Shown here one piece after another: positions 27,494 to 37,786 of a DNA stretch of 64,000 bases (positions within the stretch are counted from its first letter, which is position 1; every line of letters starts with the position of its first letter). This DNA comes from an uncultured bacterium. GTDB taxonomy: Bacteria > Cyanobacteriota > Vampirovibrionia > Gastranaerophilales > Gastranaerophilaceae. The position numbers and the translations under genes are program-made. The stretch lies in the NCBI GenBank assembly GCA_949284715.1, contig CASDWH010000016.1, positions 12,817-76,816 on the forward strand, written 5' to 3'. Under the pieces are notes generated by a model that did no database searches, was not told the DNA's origin, and worked only from the letters and a program-made list of their open reading frames with translations.

Positions 27494-27772
27494 ATGACAA
27501 AAGAAATAATATCATACACTACAAGCGGCACATGCTGCAAATTAATGAACATCGAGCTTGACGACGATATAATAACAGATGTCGAGTTTATAGGCGGCTG
27601 CAACGGAAACCTGCAAGGGATAAGAAACCTTGTAAAAGGAATGAGAGCAGAAGAAATTGTTGCGAAATTAAAAGGGATAAAATGCGGTTCCAAACCAACT
27701 AGCTGCCCTGACCAGCTTGCACAATGCCTTGCAGCGGTTATTGAAGAAAAAAGCAAAACTGCGGCAGTATAA
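27494..27772 (+). CDS. TSCPD-domain small protein (TIGR03905-like)
   Basis: GTCCK...GGCNGNLQG...CGSKPTSCPDQLA. Confidence 0.7.
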   Translation: MTKEIISYTTSGTCCKLMNIELDDDIITDVEFIGGCNGNLQGIRNLVKGMRAEEIVAKLKGIKCGSKPTSCPDQLAQCLAAVIEEKSKTAAV

Positions 27773-27845
27773 GTTATCCGGAAAGGCGATTTAAAAATTT
27801 CTCCGGCAGGCTTATCCTTAATTTAGCCAGAAAGGAGAAATTAAT

Positions 27846-28211
27846 ATGACACATTTACACGTTAAAGAACTTGAAGATATCATCAAATACGATGATAATG
27901 AGATTAATGTTGAACACCTGCTTGATACACCCGGCGGTAAAGTTAAACTTGTAGCAATAAAAAAGGGACAGCAAATCCCCCCGCATACATCTCCGGGTGA
28001 TGCAATGGTTATTGTTATTGACGGGAAAATACTATTCAACATAGACCACGAAGGCGAAATGAACTGCACAGAATGCGGATGCAGTATTACAGAATGCGAA
28101 AATCATGAGCTGGAAATCAAAAAGGGTGAATTTCTAAGATTCCACAAAGACGAAAAACATTTTATAAAAGCAGAAAAAGACAGTAAACTCTTAGTGATAC
28201 AGTTATATTAG
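27846..28211 (+). CDS. cupin-fold protein with embedded Cys cluster
   Basis: GQQIPPHTSPGDAMVIVIDGK is cupin motif-like. NCTECGCSITEC forms a Cys cluster. Confidence 0.55.
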   Translation: MTHLHVKELEDIIKYDDNEINVEHLLDTPGGKVKLVAIKKGQQIPPHTSPGDAMVIVIDGKILFNIDHEGEMNCTECGCSITECENHELEIKKGEFLRFHKDEKHFIKAEKDSKLLVIQLY

Positions 28212-28216
28212 AAAAA

Positions 28217-28246
28217 AATACGGCAAAGTATAAACTTTGCCGTATT
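28217..28246. terminator. bidirectional intrinsic terminator (13-bp perfect stem)
   Basis: AATACGGCAAAGT-ataa-ACTTTGCCGTATT, flanked by an A-run and a T-run, between convergent genes. Confidence 0.8.
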
Positions 28247-28268
28247 TTAATTAAGAAAATAATTTCAG

Positions 28269-29564
28269 TTAAGAAATCCTTCCGGGAACAACAACGCCGC
28301 CTTTAAGATTCTTTTTATAGAATTCAACGTGCGGTTGAAGTACACTTTCAAGAACTTCGGGGAATTGTTTACCGGTCATAGTTTTTTCAACTATTTCTTG
28401 ATAAACAGTAGCAAACGCTCTTAACTGTGTCATTGCACCGGCTGCTTCCGGAGTAAGCCCCATGCCCCTTGTTTCTACCTGTTCATTAAAGAATGCACCT
28501 GTAGATTCATATGATTTATTCAACGCACCAATATAAGCTTCGGCATTTTCCTTGCATACTCCGTTATCTTTAGGTACAGTAAGCGCAAATGCAAACTTGT
28601 TTGCCGGATTAAAATGCGCCTCTGCGCTATGATGCATTGCATCGGGAACTTTTGCAATCTGTTTTAATGTATCCTTAATAGATTCATTCTGCATTTGTGA
28701 ATGCCAATAGACAGTATTTTCAAATATAGAACCCATATACTGGTGTACGGAAGACGTAATACCGCTTAATTTCGCATCTGCCCAGAAAATACCCTGCTTA
28801 AGTGCATCATTTAATTCTAAATCAGCAGATAATGAAAGTGCAGACATTTCTTGCGCCGCATTCAGCATTGCTATTAAATCTTCTCTCTTCATACCTGCCC
28901 AGATAAGTGTAAATATTGCATGATCATCAAATGCAGAAAATCTTCCGCCGACATCGTCATGAATATATAAATCGCCTATCCATCCGTTTTCGTTAGAAGT
29001 TCTTCTAAGTTCGCTTTTTTCTGAGTTAGCATCTGTAACAGCTATAAAATGTTTACTTGCAGATTTTTGGGCTTCTTCTAAAGATTGGCCTTTTGCAATA
29101 TAAGCATCTTCAAGCATTTTTTGAACTCTTAAAAATCCGTCTTTTGTTTCAAATGTAGAACCTGATTTAGAAGCAATCATGTAGTTAGAATTTGTTATTT
29201 CGCCTAATCTGTAGATATATCTTTCAAGACTTGCAGAATCAACATCAGAATAGAAGGCAACTGCGTCTTGACGAACATTTAGCCCGTTAATGGAAAGCAT
29301 ATGTTCTACAGTATGTTTAGAACCGCCGATACCTAAAACGCTCAGTTTCTTTGCACCGGTTTGTTTTTTAAAGCTGTCAGCCATTTCATAAAGTGAATCA
29401 ACCCTTTTTAATTGCTCCTGCGGAAGATTAACCCAGTTTAAAAATTGTCCCGGCTTATTTGCACGCGAAGCAAACTCATTTACAAATCCGGAAACTTTAG
29501 CAGAATACTTACTGAAATCAACTCCGGTAAATGTTGTCTTAATATCCTTAATTTTTGTTATCAT
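28269..29564 (-). CDS. pgi: glucose-6-phosphate isomerase
   Basis: GIGGS, SKSGSTFET and DDVGGRFS signature segments. Confidence 0.85.
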   Translation of the reverse strand: MITKIKDIKTTFTGVDFSKYSAKVSGFVNEFASRANKPGQFLNWVNLPQEQLKRVDSLYEMADSFKKQTGAKKLSVLGIGGSKHTVEHMLSINGLNVRQDAVAFYSDVDSASLERYIYRLGEITNSNYMIASKSGSTFETKDGFLRVQKMLEDAYIAKGQSLEEAQKSASKHFIAVTDANSEKSELRRTSNENGWIGDLYIHDDVGGRFSAFDDHAIFTLIWAGMKREDLIAMLNAAQEMSALSLSADLELNDALKQGIFWADAKLSGITSSVHQYMGSIFENTVYWHSQMQNESIKDTLKQIAKVPDAMHHSAEAHFNPANKFAFALTVPKDNGVCKENAEAYIGALNKSYESTGAFFNEQVETRGMGLTPEAAGAMTQLRAFATVYQEIVEKTMTGKQFPEVLESVLQPHVEFYKKNLKGGVVVPGRIS

Positions 29565-29719
29565 AGGAAATTCTCCTTTCTATACTCTATAGCAACATTG
29601 TAGAAAATACACAGAATAAAGTAAATAACTTCCATTAATTTTTTGATATTTATTAGTAACTATAGACGGATTGTAGTAAAATTTATTCAGGGAATATCAT
29701 CATACAGAAGGAGTAAAAC

Positions 29720-30487
29720 ATGCCATATCCAAATATGGAAGAGTTGATAAAGGTAATTGCAATACTGAGGAGCGAAAACGGATGCGAGTGGGACAGGAAG
29801 CAAACACATAAATCTTTACGCCCGAATATGCTGGAAGAAGCGTATGAAGCGGTAGATGCAATTGATGACGGAGATATTTCAGAGCTTAAAGAAGAGCTTG
29901 GAGATGTACTTTTACAGGTAGTTCTGCACGCACAAATTGCAAAAGATAACGGCGAATTTGATATTGAAGATGTGGCAAAAGAATTGACACAAAAACTTAT
30001 TCACAGACACCCGCATGTATTTGGAAATACAAAAGTCAATTCAACAGATGATATTCTAAATAACTGGGAAGTTTTAAAAAAAGAAGAAAAACCCGAACGC
30101 AAATCAGCAATGGATGGAATTACCAAAGCACAATCAGCGCTTATGAGTGCGCAAAAGATTTCAAAACGCGCAGTCAAAACCGGATTTGAATGGGACAGCG
30201 AAAAATCTTTAATTGAATGCATAAAATCTGAATACAGAGAATTTGCCCGCACAGTGGCGGAAGGAAACAAAGACCGTATGGAAGATGAAATGGGCGACAT
30301 TCTTTTTGCAACAGTTAATCTTGCAAGATGGCACAAGATTGATGCCGAACAGGCTCTTCTGCATGCAAACAAAAAGTTCATGACACGATTCAGAAAAATG
30401 GAAGAACTCGCCGTTAAGCCGTTAGAAGAATACTCGTATGAAGAATTTGACCAATTATGGAAACAGGTAAAAAAAGAGTTGGTTTAA
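29720..30487 (+). CDS. mazG: nucleoside triphosphate pyrophosphohydrolase MazG
   Basis: CEWDRKQTHKSLRPNMLEEAYE...ELGDVLLQVV, with a second EMGDILF repeat. Confidence 0.85.
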   Translation: MPYPNMEELIKVIAILRSENGCEWDRKQTHKSLRPNMLEEAYEAVDAIDDGDISELKEELGDVLLQVVLHAQIAKDNGEFDIEDVAKELTQKLIHRHPHVFGNTKVNSTDDILNNWEVLKKEEKPERKSAMDGITKAQSALMSAQKISKRAVKTGFEWDSEKSLIECIKSEYREFARTVAEGNKDRMEDEMGDILFATVNLARWHKIDAEQALLHANKKFMTRFRKMEELAVKPLEEYSYEEFDQLWKQVKKELV

Positions 30488-30530
30488 TTTTATTTTTATC
30501 ATACAATAGCCTTACACTACTAGAGGAAGG

Positions 30531-31232
30531 ATGTATCGTATCATGAAAGTATGCCCGATTAACAACACTTATTCAAAAAAATCCAACCGGCACAATTTTA
30601 CAGGAAAAGCTAACGTTTCACCTCAAAATGTGATGCAGAAAATAAAATCTGTAATCATTCCGGCGGCAGCATTTGCTGCAATGGCTCCGGGGCTTGTAAA
30701 TGCTCAAATGCCGGAAAACAAACAAACCGTACAACAAGAACAAAAAATTGAATCCGGTCAAAATCTGCCTTATTACCTTCAGCCGGAATACGTTGTATAC
30801 AAAAAAGATTTTGATATGGAAGGCGAAAAGTACACAATGATGTACGCTGACTACGGCAAACGCTTTACGGAAAGAGAGAATACTGTTTCAGATATATTCT
30901 TTGTTCCGGAAGATTTTAAACTCATTAAATCCGGTGAGGAAGAACTTAATCAGCCGCCTAAATTAACAAAATTAATCAAACATAATAATAAAGATAACAG
31001 TTATTTTGTTGAAGCCGTAACCTCTGAAATTATTTCCGGCAGCAGCAAAGACGATACACAGTACATAACAAAAGGAATTATTCTCCCTGAAGAAATCGGA
31101 AATGAACTTCTCAAACTTTATGAAGGAAAATCCGGTTTGTCGATGATTCCTTCTGAAAGTTATATTGATACTAATTCGCCTGAATTACAAGAAACCAAAA
31201 TCCAAACAGGAAGAAAGCCTGTATCATTGTAA
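30531..31232 (+). CDS. hypothetical exported protein
   Basis: ORF with an internal hydrophobic signal-like segment (VIIPAAAFAAMAPGLVNA). The start may be the ATG at 30543. Confidence 0.4.
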   Translation: MYRIMKVCPINNTYSKKSNRHNFTGKANVSPQNVMQKIKSVIIPAAAFAAMAPGLVNAQMPENKQTVQQEQKIESGQNLPYYLQPEYVVYKKDFDMEGEKYTMMYADYGKRFTERENTVSDIFFVPEDFKLIKSGEEELNQPPKLTKLIKHNNKDNSYFVEAVTSEIISGSSKDDTQYITKGIILPEEIGNELLKLYEGKSGLSMIPSESYIDTNSPELQETKIQTGRKPVSL

Positions 31233-31290
31233 AAATAAATACGCAGAATATATTAGTGCCAAAGCATAAAAGCTATGGTATAATTTGGGT

Positions 31291-32808
31291 ATGATGAAGG
31301 GATTAAAGTATCTTGGGATTATTATTACTCTCACACTTGCCGGCTCGGTTTGCTTTGCAGGCGATGGGTATTTAATAGTTCCTGTTCCCGATACAATCGT
31401 TGCCCCGACACCTTTAGATCAAGCTGTATACACCAATACAGCAGAATTTTTCACACCCTACATTGTTAATGAAATCAATAAAACCCACTATATGCACGCT
31501 CCTACCGTTACAGATGTAAGGAATAAAATAAAAAAAGACTACTGGCTCACAAAATCAGCAGCCAAAGCAATGGATGATTTCAGACGGTACTATATTCTTG
31601 ATTTTAATTTTGCAAAAAAAATTGCAAACATGTATAACACAAATCTCGTACTTTTGTTAACCTCTTCACTTGACGCTAACAACTATGTTATGCGGCGCAC
31701 CTGGTGGACTTTCTTTGAAATTCCGGGTTCATCAGCACTTGACCCTGCTATAAAAATTAATATCTACAGTGTTTTAATTGATACGGACAAAAACATGATT
31801 ATCTGGTCAAAAACTTATCAAAAAACAATAAGCACCGTAGAAAACAGAATTGTACCAATAGGTTACACGCCGCAGACAGAACAATTACAAAAATTCAAGG
31901 ATTATTCTGTATATCTTGCGCCAAGATTTGCACAAAGCCTTCAGGATACCCTGTTAACAACTGCACAAAAAATTGCTGAACCCAATATAATTCACACAGA
32001 TTACGGTTCTATTGATAATACTTTTACAAAAAAATACAGAACATTGCGTAAAGAAGTTAAAGATGCAACTGTGATTCCGGCAGCCAAGACCCGTGAAAAT
32101 TACGGCAAAGCACGCGCAAAATACCTTGAAATGAAAGAACAATGGGAAGCAGAGAGAGCGCAAAAAGCAATTGAAAAACAAAACAAACCAAAACCGGATA
32201 AAAATATTGAGCCGATAAACTTTTTATGGTTCCGGAAAAAAGATACAGTGACCAATGAAACACCCCTGCTTGAACCTATGCCGGATACTCAGGAGGCAGT
32301 AAATCAAAAATCAACCCCTGAAACCATACCATCAAAAGATACACAAGGCGAAACTGAAAATAAACAGACTGAAACCGCAAAAGAGGTCATTCAAAATACC
32401 GGCTTAAACCCTTCTCCTGCCACAAACAAGCAAACAGAGGCAGTAACACCGGAGGTTCCCAAACAAGAAAAAGCAGTTCCGCAGCAAACACATAACACCG
32501 GCGCAAAACAGACTCCGGCAGAATCTCAGCCTCAAACCCCGCCAATACCTGCAAATACTCAAATAAACGGAAAACCGGCAATAAATATAACAACTGAAAA
32601 AACTAATAAAAAAGACAATATTATTAAAATTAACAACAAAAAACAATCTGAACAAAAAAACGGTATAAATATTGACGAACACCCTGTTGATGTACTAATA
32701 TACACGCAGCCGACAAACTACAGACCCTCAGAAGAGGAATCTGAATACCTTCCGGTTAAACCAAGACTCCGTGAAATTAATATTGATGATACTGTCAATT
32801 CTTTCTAA
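31291..32808 (+). CDS. hypothetical exported protein with long Pro/Thr/Gln/Lys-rich low-complexity C-terminal half
   Basis: Signal-like MMKGLKYLGIIITLTLAGSVCFA. Low-complexity region from ~32150 to 32650. Confidence 0.5.
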   Translation: MMKGLKYLGIIITLTLAGSVCFAGDGYLIVPVPDTIVAPTPLDQAVYTNTAEFFTPYIVNEINKTHYMHAPTVTDVRNKIKKDYWLTKSAAKAMDDFRRYYILDFNFAKKIANMYNTNLVLLLTSSLDANNYVMRRTWWTFFEIPGSSALDPAIKINIYSVLIDTDKNMIIWSKTYQKTISTVENRIVPIGYTPQTEQLQKFKDYSVYLAPRFAQSLQDTLLTTAQKIAEPNIIHTDYGSIDNTFTKKYRTLRKEVKDATVIPAAKTRENYGKARAKYLEMKEQWEAERAQKAIEKQNKPKPDKNIEPINFLWFRKKDTVTNETPLLEPMPDTQEAVNQKSTPETIPSKDTQGETENKQTETAKEVIQNTGLNPSPATNKQTEAVTPEVPKQEKAVPQQTHNTGAKQTPAESQPQTPPIPANTQINGKPAINITTEKTNKKDNIIKINNKKQSEQKNGINIDEHPVDVLIYTQPTNYRPSEEESEYLPVKPRLREINIDDTVNSF

Positions 32809-32898
32809 TTGAGGAAACAAAAAAGTCTATATATTTTTGGACAATTGTATTTTTTTTACGTATAATATAGACTATTCATACAGGAGAAGTTTTTTAAT

Positions 32899-34179
32899 AT
32901 GAGTATCATTGAACAAATTATCAGTATTAACGATGTTTTAAAGGAAATTTTTAATTATATCAGAACAGACAGTGTTATCAAACCCGATTTTGAAGAGTAT
33001 TTAGCCACTATCGGAGCAAAATCTGTTCCCTCATCCCAGATTGAAAAAATATTCTTACCATATATTTTTGAACGCACAATAGGAGCAAATGCCAAAACAG
33101 TCATTGAAATGTTCTGTAATTCCGGTGTATCAAAAAGTCCTGAAATTGCGAAAGCGCTTAGCAACAATATTTACTCTGCTTTTGCAATAAAAAAAGTCTT
33201 AAAAAACGGGTTTGAATTATACAACCTTATAAATGAAAAGTTATACACGGTTAATTCCCTAACTAAAATGACAAATTTAAGGGGAATCCATGCCGGACAA
33301 TTTTTAATTGCAAGAATTTTTAATTATAAAGGAGAGTATTACCTTGTAGAAATAGCAAATGTTTTAAGCGATACTCAAAAAGGTGAAGCTTATAAATATG
33401 CCGTTATGAGAGCTGTCCAAAATCCAGAACTTGTATATAAAGATAATCCGGAAAAAGAAAAAGAAATTAAAAATAATATTTCCGAAATGTATAAAAAATT
33501 TATCAAAAAATTTGAAACTGAAGAAATTATAACCTCAAACAAGTTTGCAGATGATATTATCGGCTCATTCTGCGACGATGAAGCAGGGGATTTGAGAGAA
33601 AAAATTGTTCCAATAACAGAATATAAATATTTTGAAGTACCTGAATTAAAAAATACATATAACAATTTTATGGAAAATTCAGTCGGCGGGTTTGCGACCC
33701 ACAATGCAACCTATGATGTCGGTATCGTATTTGATAAAGAAAAAGGACTTTATGCAATACCTTTTTACCAAACATTTTGTAAAATTTTTGAAGGTGAAAA
33801 TATTGAAAATAAAGAAGCCTGCGTTAAATATTTCCTTACAAACGATGCTGTATCAGACAGGTTAATCAAACGTGTTGCGGATAAATACCCGCGGTTTATG
33901 GAAATTATAAACGGAATCCTGAAAACAAATTACACCTTTGATGAACTTATAAAACACTACAAATCTTATTATCTTGAACATAATATGTATTCATCAGCAA
34001 CCGTTCTGTATACATCACAAGCGTTCAGCGGAACCTTTGACTTTATGGAAACAATGATGAACCGGCCGGAACAAACAACTAATATTCCGAAGAATATCGG
34101 AAGAAACGACCCATGTCCGTGCGGAAGCGGTAAAAAATACAAAAACTGCTGTATGAATGCTAATCTTCTACAGGTATAA
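32899..34179 (+). CDS. SEC-C motif (CPCGSGKKYKNCC) protein
   Basis: C-terminal NDPCPCGSGKKYKNCC. Confidence 0.6.
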   Translation: MSIIEQIISINDVLKEIFNYIRTDSVIKPDFEEYLATIGAKSVPSSQIEKIFLPYIFERTIGANAKTVIEMFCNSGVSKSPEIAKALSNNIYSAFAIKKVLKNGFELYNLINEKLYTVNSLTKMTNLRGIHAGQFLIARIFNYKGEYYLVEIANVLSDTQKGEAYKYAVMRAVQNPELVYKDNPEKEKEIKNNISEMYKKFIKKFETEEIITSNKFADDIIGSFCDDEAGDLREKIVPITEYKYFEVPELKNTYNNFMENSVGGFATHNATYDVGIVFDKEKGLYAIPFYQTFCKIFEGENIENKEACVKYFLTNDAVSDRLIKRVADKYPRFMEIINGILKTNYTFDELIKHYKSYYLEHNMYSSATVLYTSQAFSGTFDFMETMMNRPEQTTNIPKNIGRNDPCPCGSGKKYKNCCMNANLLQV

Positions 34180-34187
34180 ACTAAAAA

Positions 34188-34210
34188 ACAGGACAGAAAA
34201 TCTGTCCTGT
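34188..34210. terminator. bidirectional intrinsic terminator (10-bp perfect stem)
   Basis: ACAGGACAGA-aaa-TCTGTCCTGT, with an A-run before and TTTT after. Confidence 0.8.
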
Positions 34211-34227
34211 TTTTGTATTACAATCAA

Positions 34228-34881
34228 TTAAATTTCCTGCATTATCTCAACGCCGCTTGAAGTTCCAAGCCTGGCGGCGCCTGCTTCAATCATTTTCTCA
34301 GCAGCCTCTCTGGTTCTTATCCCGCCGGAAGCTTTTACCCTCAGCCCGTACGGATTTACAGTATCAAACATTAGTTTTACATCTTCAACTTTTGCACCAA
34401 CGCCGCCTTTTACAAAACCGGTTGATGTTTTTACAAAATCAGCACCCGCTTCTACTGCAATGTTACATGCTGTAATAATTTCGTCTTTTGATAACAAGTC
34501 CGTTTCAAGTATGACCTTTAAAACACGTTCTCCGCAAGCCTTCTTTACCTCGCTTATATCCTGTTTTACATAGTCAAATTCACCGTCTTTAAGCCTGCCG
34601 GTGTTAATCACCATATCAATTTCATCAGCACCAAGCTTTATTGCATCAGAAGCCTCAAATATTTTTGCCGCAGTAGTACAATCGCCCAGCGGGAAACCTA
34701 TAACCGATACTATTTTTACATCACTGTCTGCAAGTTCTTTTTTCACAATCTCTATATTGCAGGAATTGACACAAACTCCGGCAAATCCGTATTCCTTTGC
34801 CTCGCATGCCAGTTTTATAATATCAGATTTTTTTGCATCCTGTTTTAACAATGTATGTTCTATGTATTTATTAATTTCCAT
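34228..34881 (-). CDS. deoC: deoxyribose-phosphate aldolase
   Basis: IEHTLLK...GFAGVCVN...KVILET...VKTSTGF (Schiff-base Lys region). Confidence 0.85.
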   Translation of the reverse strand: MEINKYIEHTLLKQDAKKSDIIKLACEAKEYGFAGVCVNSCNIEIVKKELADSDVKIVSVIGFPLGDCTTAAKIFEASDAIKLGADEIDMVINTGRLKDGEFDYVKQDISEVKKACGERVLKVILETDLLSKDEIITACNIAVEAGADFVKTSTGFVKGGVGAKVEDVKLMFDTVNPYGLRVKASGGIRTREAAEKMIEAGAARLGTSSGVEIMQEI

Positions 34882-35540
34882 TATCTCTCATCCTTTAAAA
34901 TCATAAGTGTATCTTGTAATTCAGCAAGCAGATATTCAAGCTGTTGTGCTATATTTGCCGGATTATAGACCGAACCGGTTGTTTGATAGGCAAGATATTT
35001 TTTATATATTACTGCTTCCTGCCTTAAAGTTGCAATAGCATCTGTATGCGCTCCTGTTCTCTGAAGCTGCTTATAACTTGCATAATAGCTTTCTGATTTT
35101 CCTTCATAAAGCTTTTTCAGGTAATCAACCTTGAATTTAAATACCCGCGCTTTTGCAATAAAAAGCTGGTCGGACTCTTGATTTTCTATCGACTCAATAA
35201 GCTTTTCCACATATCCTATCATATCATTAATATCATTAAGGTAAGAGGAGGATTTATCTGATTTAAGGATTATATTCACAAATGCCGGATTGTTCCTAGG
35301 AACAGGCTTAAGGGTTGACGGGTCAGTAAAATCCTCATCCGATTCATATATAGGGGTTACAACTTTTTCATCAGGAAGTTTATAGTTCTTGTTTAAATCC
35401 GGAAGAGTTCCGTTATACCCGGGATTATCCATCACATTATCGGATACCGGTTCCTCTTTTTTCTTGAACCAGCCCCAGGAATATGACGCCTGAACAGATA
35501 ATATCATACAAGCTATTACTAAAACTAAAACTTTCCTCAT
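34881..35540 (-). CDS. hypothetical exported protein
   Basis: Signal peptide MRKVLVLVIACMILSVQASYS. Its stop overlaps the deoC start. Confidence 0.5.
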   Translation of the reverse strand: MRKVLVLVIACMILSVQASYSWGWFKKKEEPVSDNVMDNPGYNGTLPDLNKNYKLPDEKVVTPIYESDEDFTDPSTLKPVPRNNPAFVNIILKSDKSSSYLNDINDMIGYVEKLIESIENQESDQLFIAKARVFKFKVDYLKKLYEGKSESYYASYKQLQRTGAHTDAIATLRQEAVIYKKYLAYQTTGSVYNPANIAQQLEYLLAELQDTLMILKDER

Positions 35541-35592
35541 ACCATCTATTATAATGACAGTTTATAAAAAATCATCCGTTAACAACATTAAA

Positions 35593-36585
35593 TTAGTATG
35601 TCGTCATATTTTCAAAATTTTCGGTATCATTATAACTAAACATATGTACAAAAGTATAAAGGACTTCTGCGGCAAACTTGGCCGTTCCCAGTTCCAGCAT
35701 CCTTTTAAGTGCATCTCTGGTATTAAAAATATGCACAGGGGTTTTATTAAATGCAAGATTATCAAAATAATTGCAGACACTAAGTATTTGTGCCGGTTTT
35801 AAAATCCAGTCATTTGAAATACCTCTGGGATATCCTGAACCGTCATTATTCTCATGATGTTCAAGCACCGCCATATAAACAGTTTCCGGCATATTATACT
35901 GTTTTAAAAGATTATATCCTATAATAACATGCTGCTTCATTGCGTCAGAAACAAGTGTTTCCAGGGAGTTTTCATTCTTTATTCCTTCAATATACAGCTT
36001 TCCTATATCATGCAGCAGTCCGGCAATCGTTATATTTCTGCATTCAAGACTATCAAGCTCCAGCCGGCGCGCTATTTTACCGGAAAAAACAGCAACATTC
36101 AAAGGGTGACAAACCTCATACTCGCCAAGAAACCTTAGCTGCGACCCCTTTTTAATATCCTCAGACGGGGCCAAAATCGTTTGTTCTATTATATTCACAA
36201 GTGCATGCGCATGATTAAAAGCATGCTCAAAAGCTTCCGCTTTCAATAACTCGAGAATCTTCATAAAATAAAGTTTGATTCTGATTTGTGTTTCCGTATC
36301 AATTATAGAACTCTTATTTATAGGAGTATTAATCTCCATAATATTAAGAGAATCATAATCAAAGTCATACGTAAGTTTAACTTTACCGGTTTCCTGCGGC
36401 TTTTCTTTTTCCTGAATAATTTCTTCTATTTCCTGAGCAAAAAGTGTAGGATATTGCCGCAATGATATTAATTTTCCGGGGGTTAAAACTTCACCGGCAG
36501 AAAATAATTTTTCGTTTTCGTTTGAGTAGACATCAAAAGGCAGAATTTTATAATTGTTAAGTTCTTTAGTTGTAATAACCTTCAT
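35593..36585 (-). CDS. HD-GYP domain protein (putative c-di-GMP phosphodiesterase)
   Basis: LLHDIGK and HHENNDGSGYPRG motifs. Confidence 0.85.
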   Translation of the reverse strand: MKVITTKELNNYKILPFDVYSNENEKLFSAGEVLTPGKLISLRQYPTLFAQEIEEIIQEKEKPQETGKVKLTYDFDYDSLNIMEINTPINKSSIIDTETQIRIKLYFMKILELLKAEAFEHAFNHAHALVNIIEQTILAPSEDIKKGSQLRFLGEYEVCHPLNVAVFSGKIARRLELDSLECRNITIAGLLHDIGKLYIEGIKNENSLETLVSDAMKQHVIIGYNLLKQYNMPETVYMAVLEHHENNDGSGYPRGISNDWILKPAQILSVCNYFDNLAFNKTPVHIFNTRDALKRMLELGTAKFAAEVLYTFVHMFSYNDTENFENMTTY

Positions 36586-36673
36586 AATTAGATTATATAC
36601 TTTTTTTCAGATTTGTACAAGCTGTACATAGGCTCAGGAAGCAGCAATATTGTGCAGCGGTAAGAGCCTTACA

Positions 36674-37714
36674 CTAGCAACATACATACGCAATTTCACC
36701 GCCGCCTATTAAACAACCGTCATCAGGCGAATAAAAAACGCATGCCTGCCCCGGTGTAATTGAATTCACCGGCTCATCAAAAACAACTTTTAATGCAGCA
36801 GTATCAACTATCCCTGACTGCGGCTGCATATTGTATCTTACTTTAATCATTGCCCTGAAATTATTTTCAACAGGGTATGAAAAATTAATATCTTTTAATC
36901 TAAGCATTTTAGAATAATTTTCTTCTTCCCTGCCGACATAAACAATATTTTTCTCAGCATCAACTCCAAGGACATATAGAGGATAAGGGTATGCAATTCC
37001 AATGCCTTTGCGCTGTCCTATTGTATACTGATAAAAACCTTCGTGTCTGCCAAGGATTTTGCCCGTAGATTTTTCTACAAATATACCTTCTTTTTGGCCA
37101 AATTTATCAAGCAGATATTTTTTTGCAGTGCAGGGTTTTGGTATAAAACATATATCCTGACTCTCTTTGGCTGATTTTGAGGGCAAGTTATATTGTTCGG
37201 CTATTTCGCGGATTTCGGATTTACAGTACTTATAAAGCGGAAAAATAGTTTTTCTAAGCACTTCCTGCGGCAGTTTATATAAAAAATAAAGCTGGTCTTT
37301 TTTCTCATCTTTTGCAGGATAAAGTTTATAAACACCGTCAACGCAGCGAATTTCAGCATAATGACCTGTTGCAAAAATATCAGCCCCGAATTTTTGCATG
37401 GAAATATTAAATAGCCTGCCCCATTTGATAAACTTATTACACTCTATGCAAGGATTTGGCGTTTTACCGGTTATATAGGCATTTTCAAAATACGAAACAA
37501 CTTCCCGCCCGAACTCTTCTGACACATCAATAACATGATGTTCTATCCCCAGACTGTCCGCAACAGACTTAGCATTAGCGCATACGTCAAACGCCTGAGG
37601 AGTATTAAGCATTAAACCCGTTACACCAAGGACTTCATAACCTTTTTTTTGTAATAACAGAGCAGTAACAGAACTGTCCAGTCCGCCGCTCATAGCTACA
37701 ATGGCTTTTTTCAT
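36674..37714 (-). CDS. mnmA: tRNA 2-thiouridine(34) synthase MnmA
   Basis: PP-loop AMSGGLDSSV. CIECNKFIKWG. The start is taken at MKKAIVAM. Confidence 0.9.
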   Translation of the reverse strand: MKKAIVAMSGGLDSSVTALLLQKKGYEVLGVTGLMLNTPQAFDVCANAKSVADSLGIEHHVIDVSEEFGREVVSYFENAYITGKTPNPCIECNKFIKWGRLFNISMQKFGADIFATGHYAEIRCVDGVYKLYPAKDEKKDQLYFLYKLPQEVLRKTIFPLYKYCKSEIREIAEQYNLPSKSAKESQDICFIPKPCTAKKYLLDKFGQKEGIFVEKSTGKILGRHEGFYQYTIGQRKGIGIAYPYPLYVLGVDAEKNIVYVGREEENYSKMLRLKDINFSYPVENNFRAMIKVRYNMQPQSGIVDTAALKVVFDEPVNSITPGQACVFYSPDDGCLIGGGEIAYVCC

Positions 37715-37786
37715 ATTCAAATTATAGCGTAAATTAAAAAGTTCCCGCAAGATATTTCTTACGGGAACTTTATTTAATCAAAATAT

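Noticed and set aside
32057-32682. Minus-strand ORFs across the low-complexity region of 31291..32808
   Set aside because: They are artefacts of the repetitive, A-rich coding region on the plus strand. They have no SD and implausible Cys/Phe-rich products.
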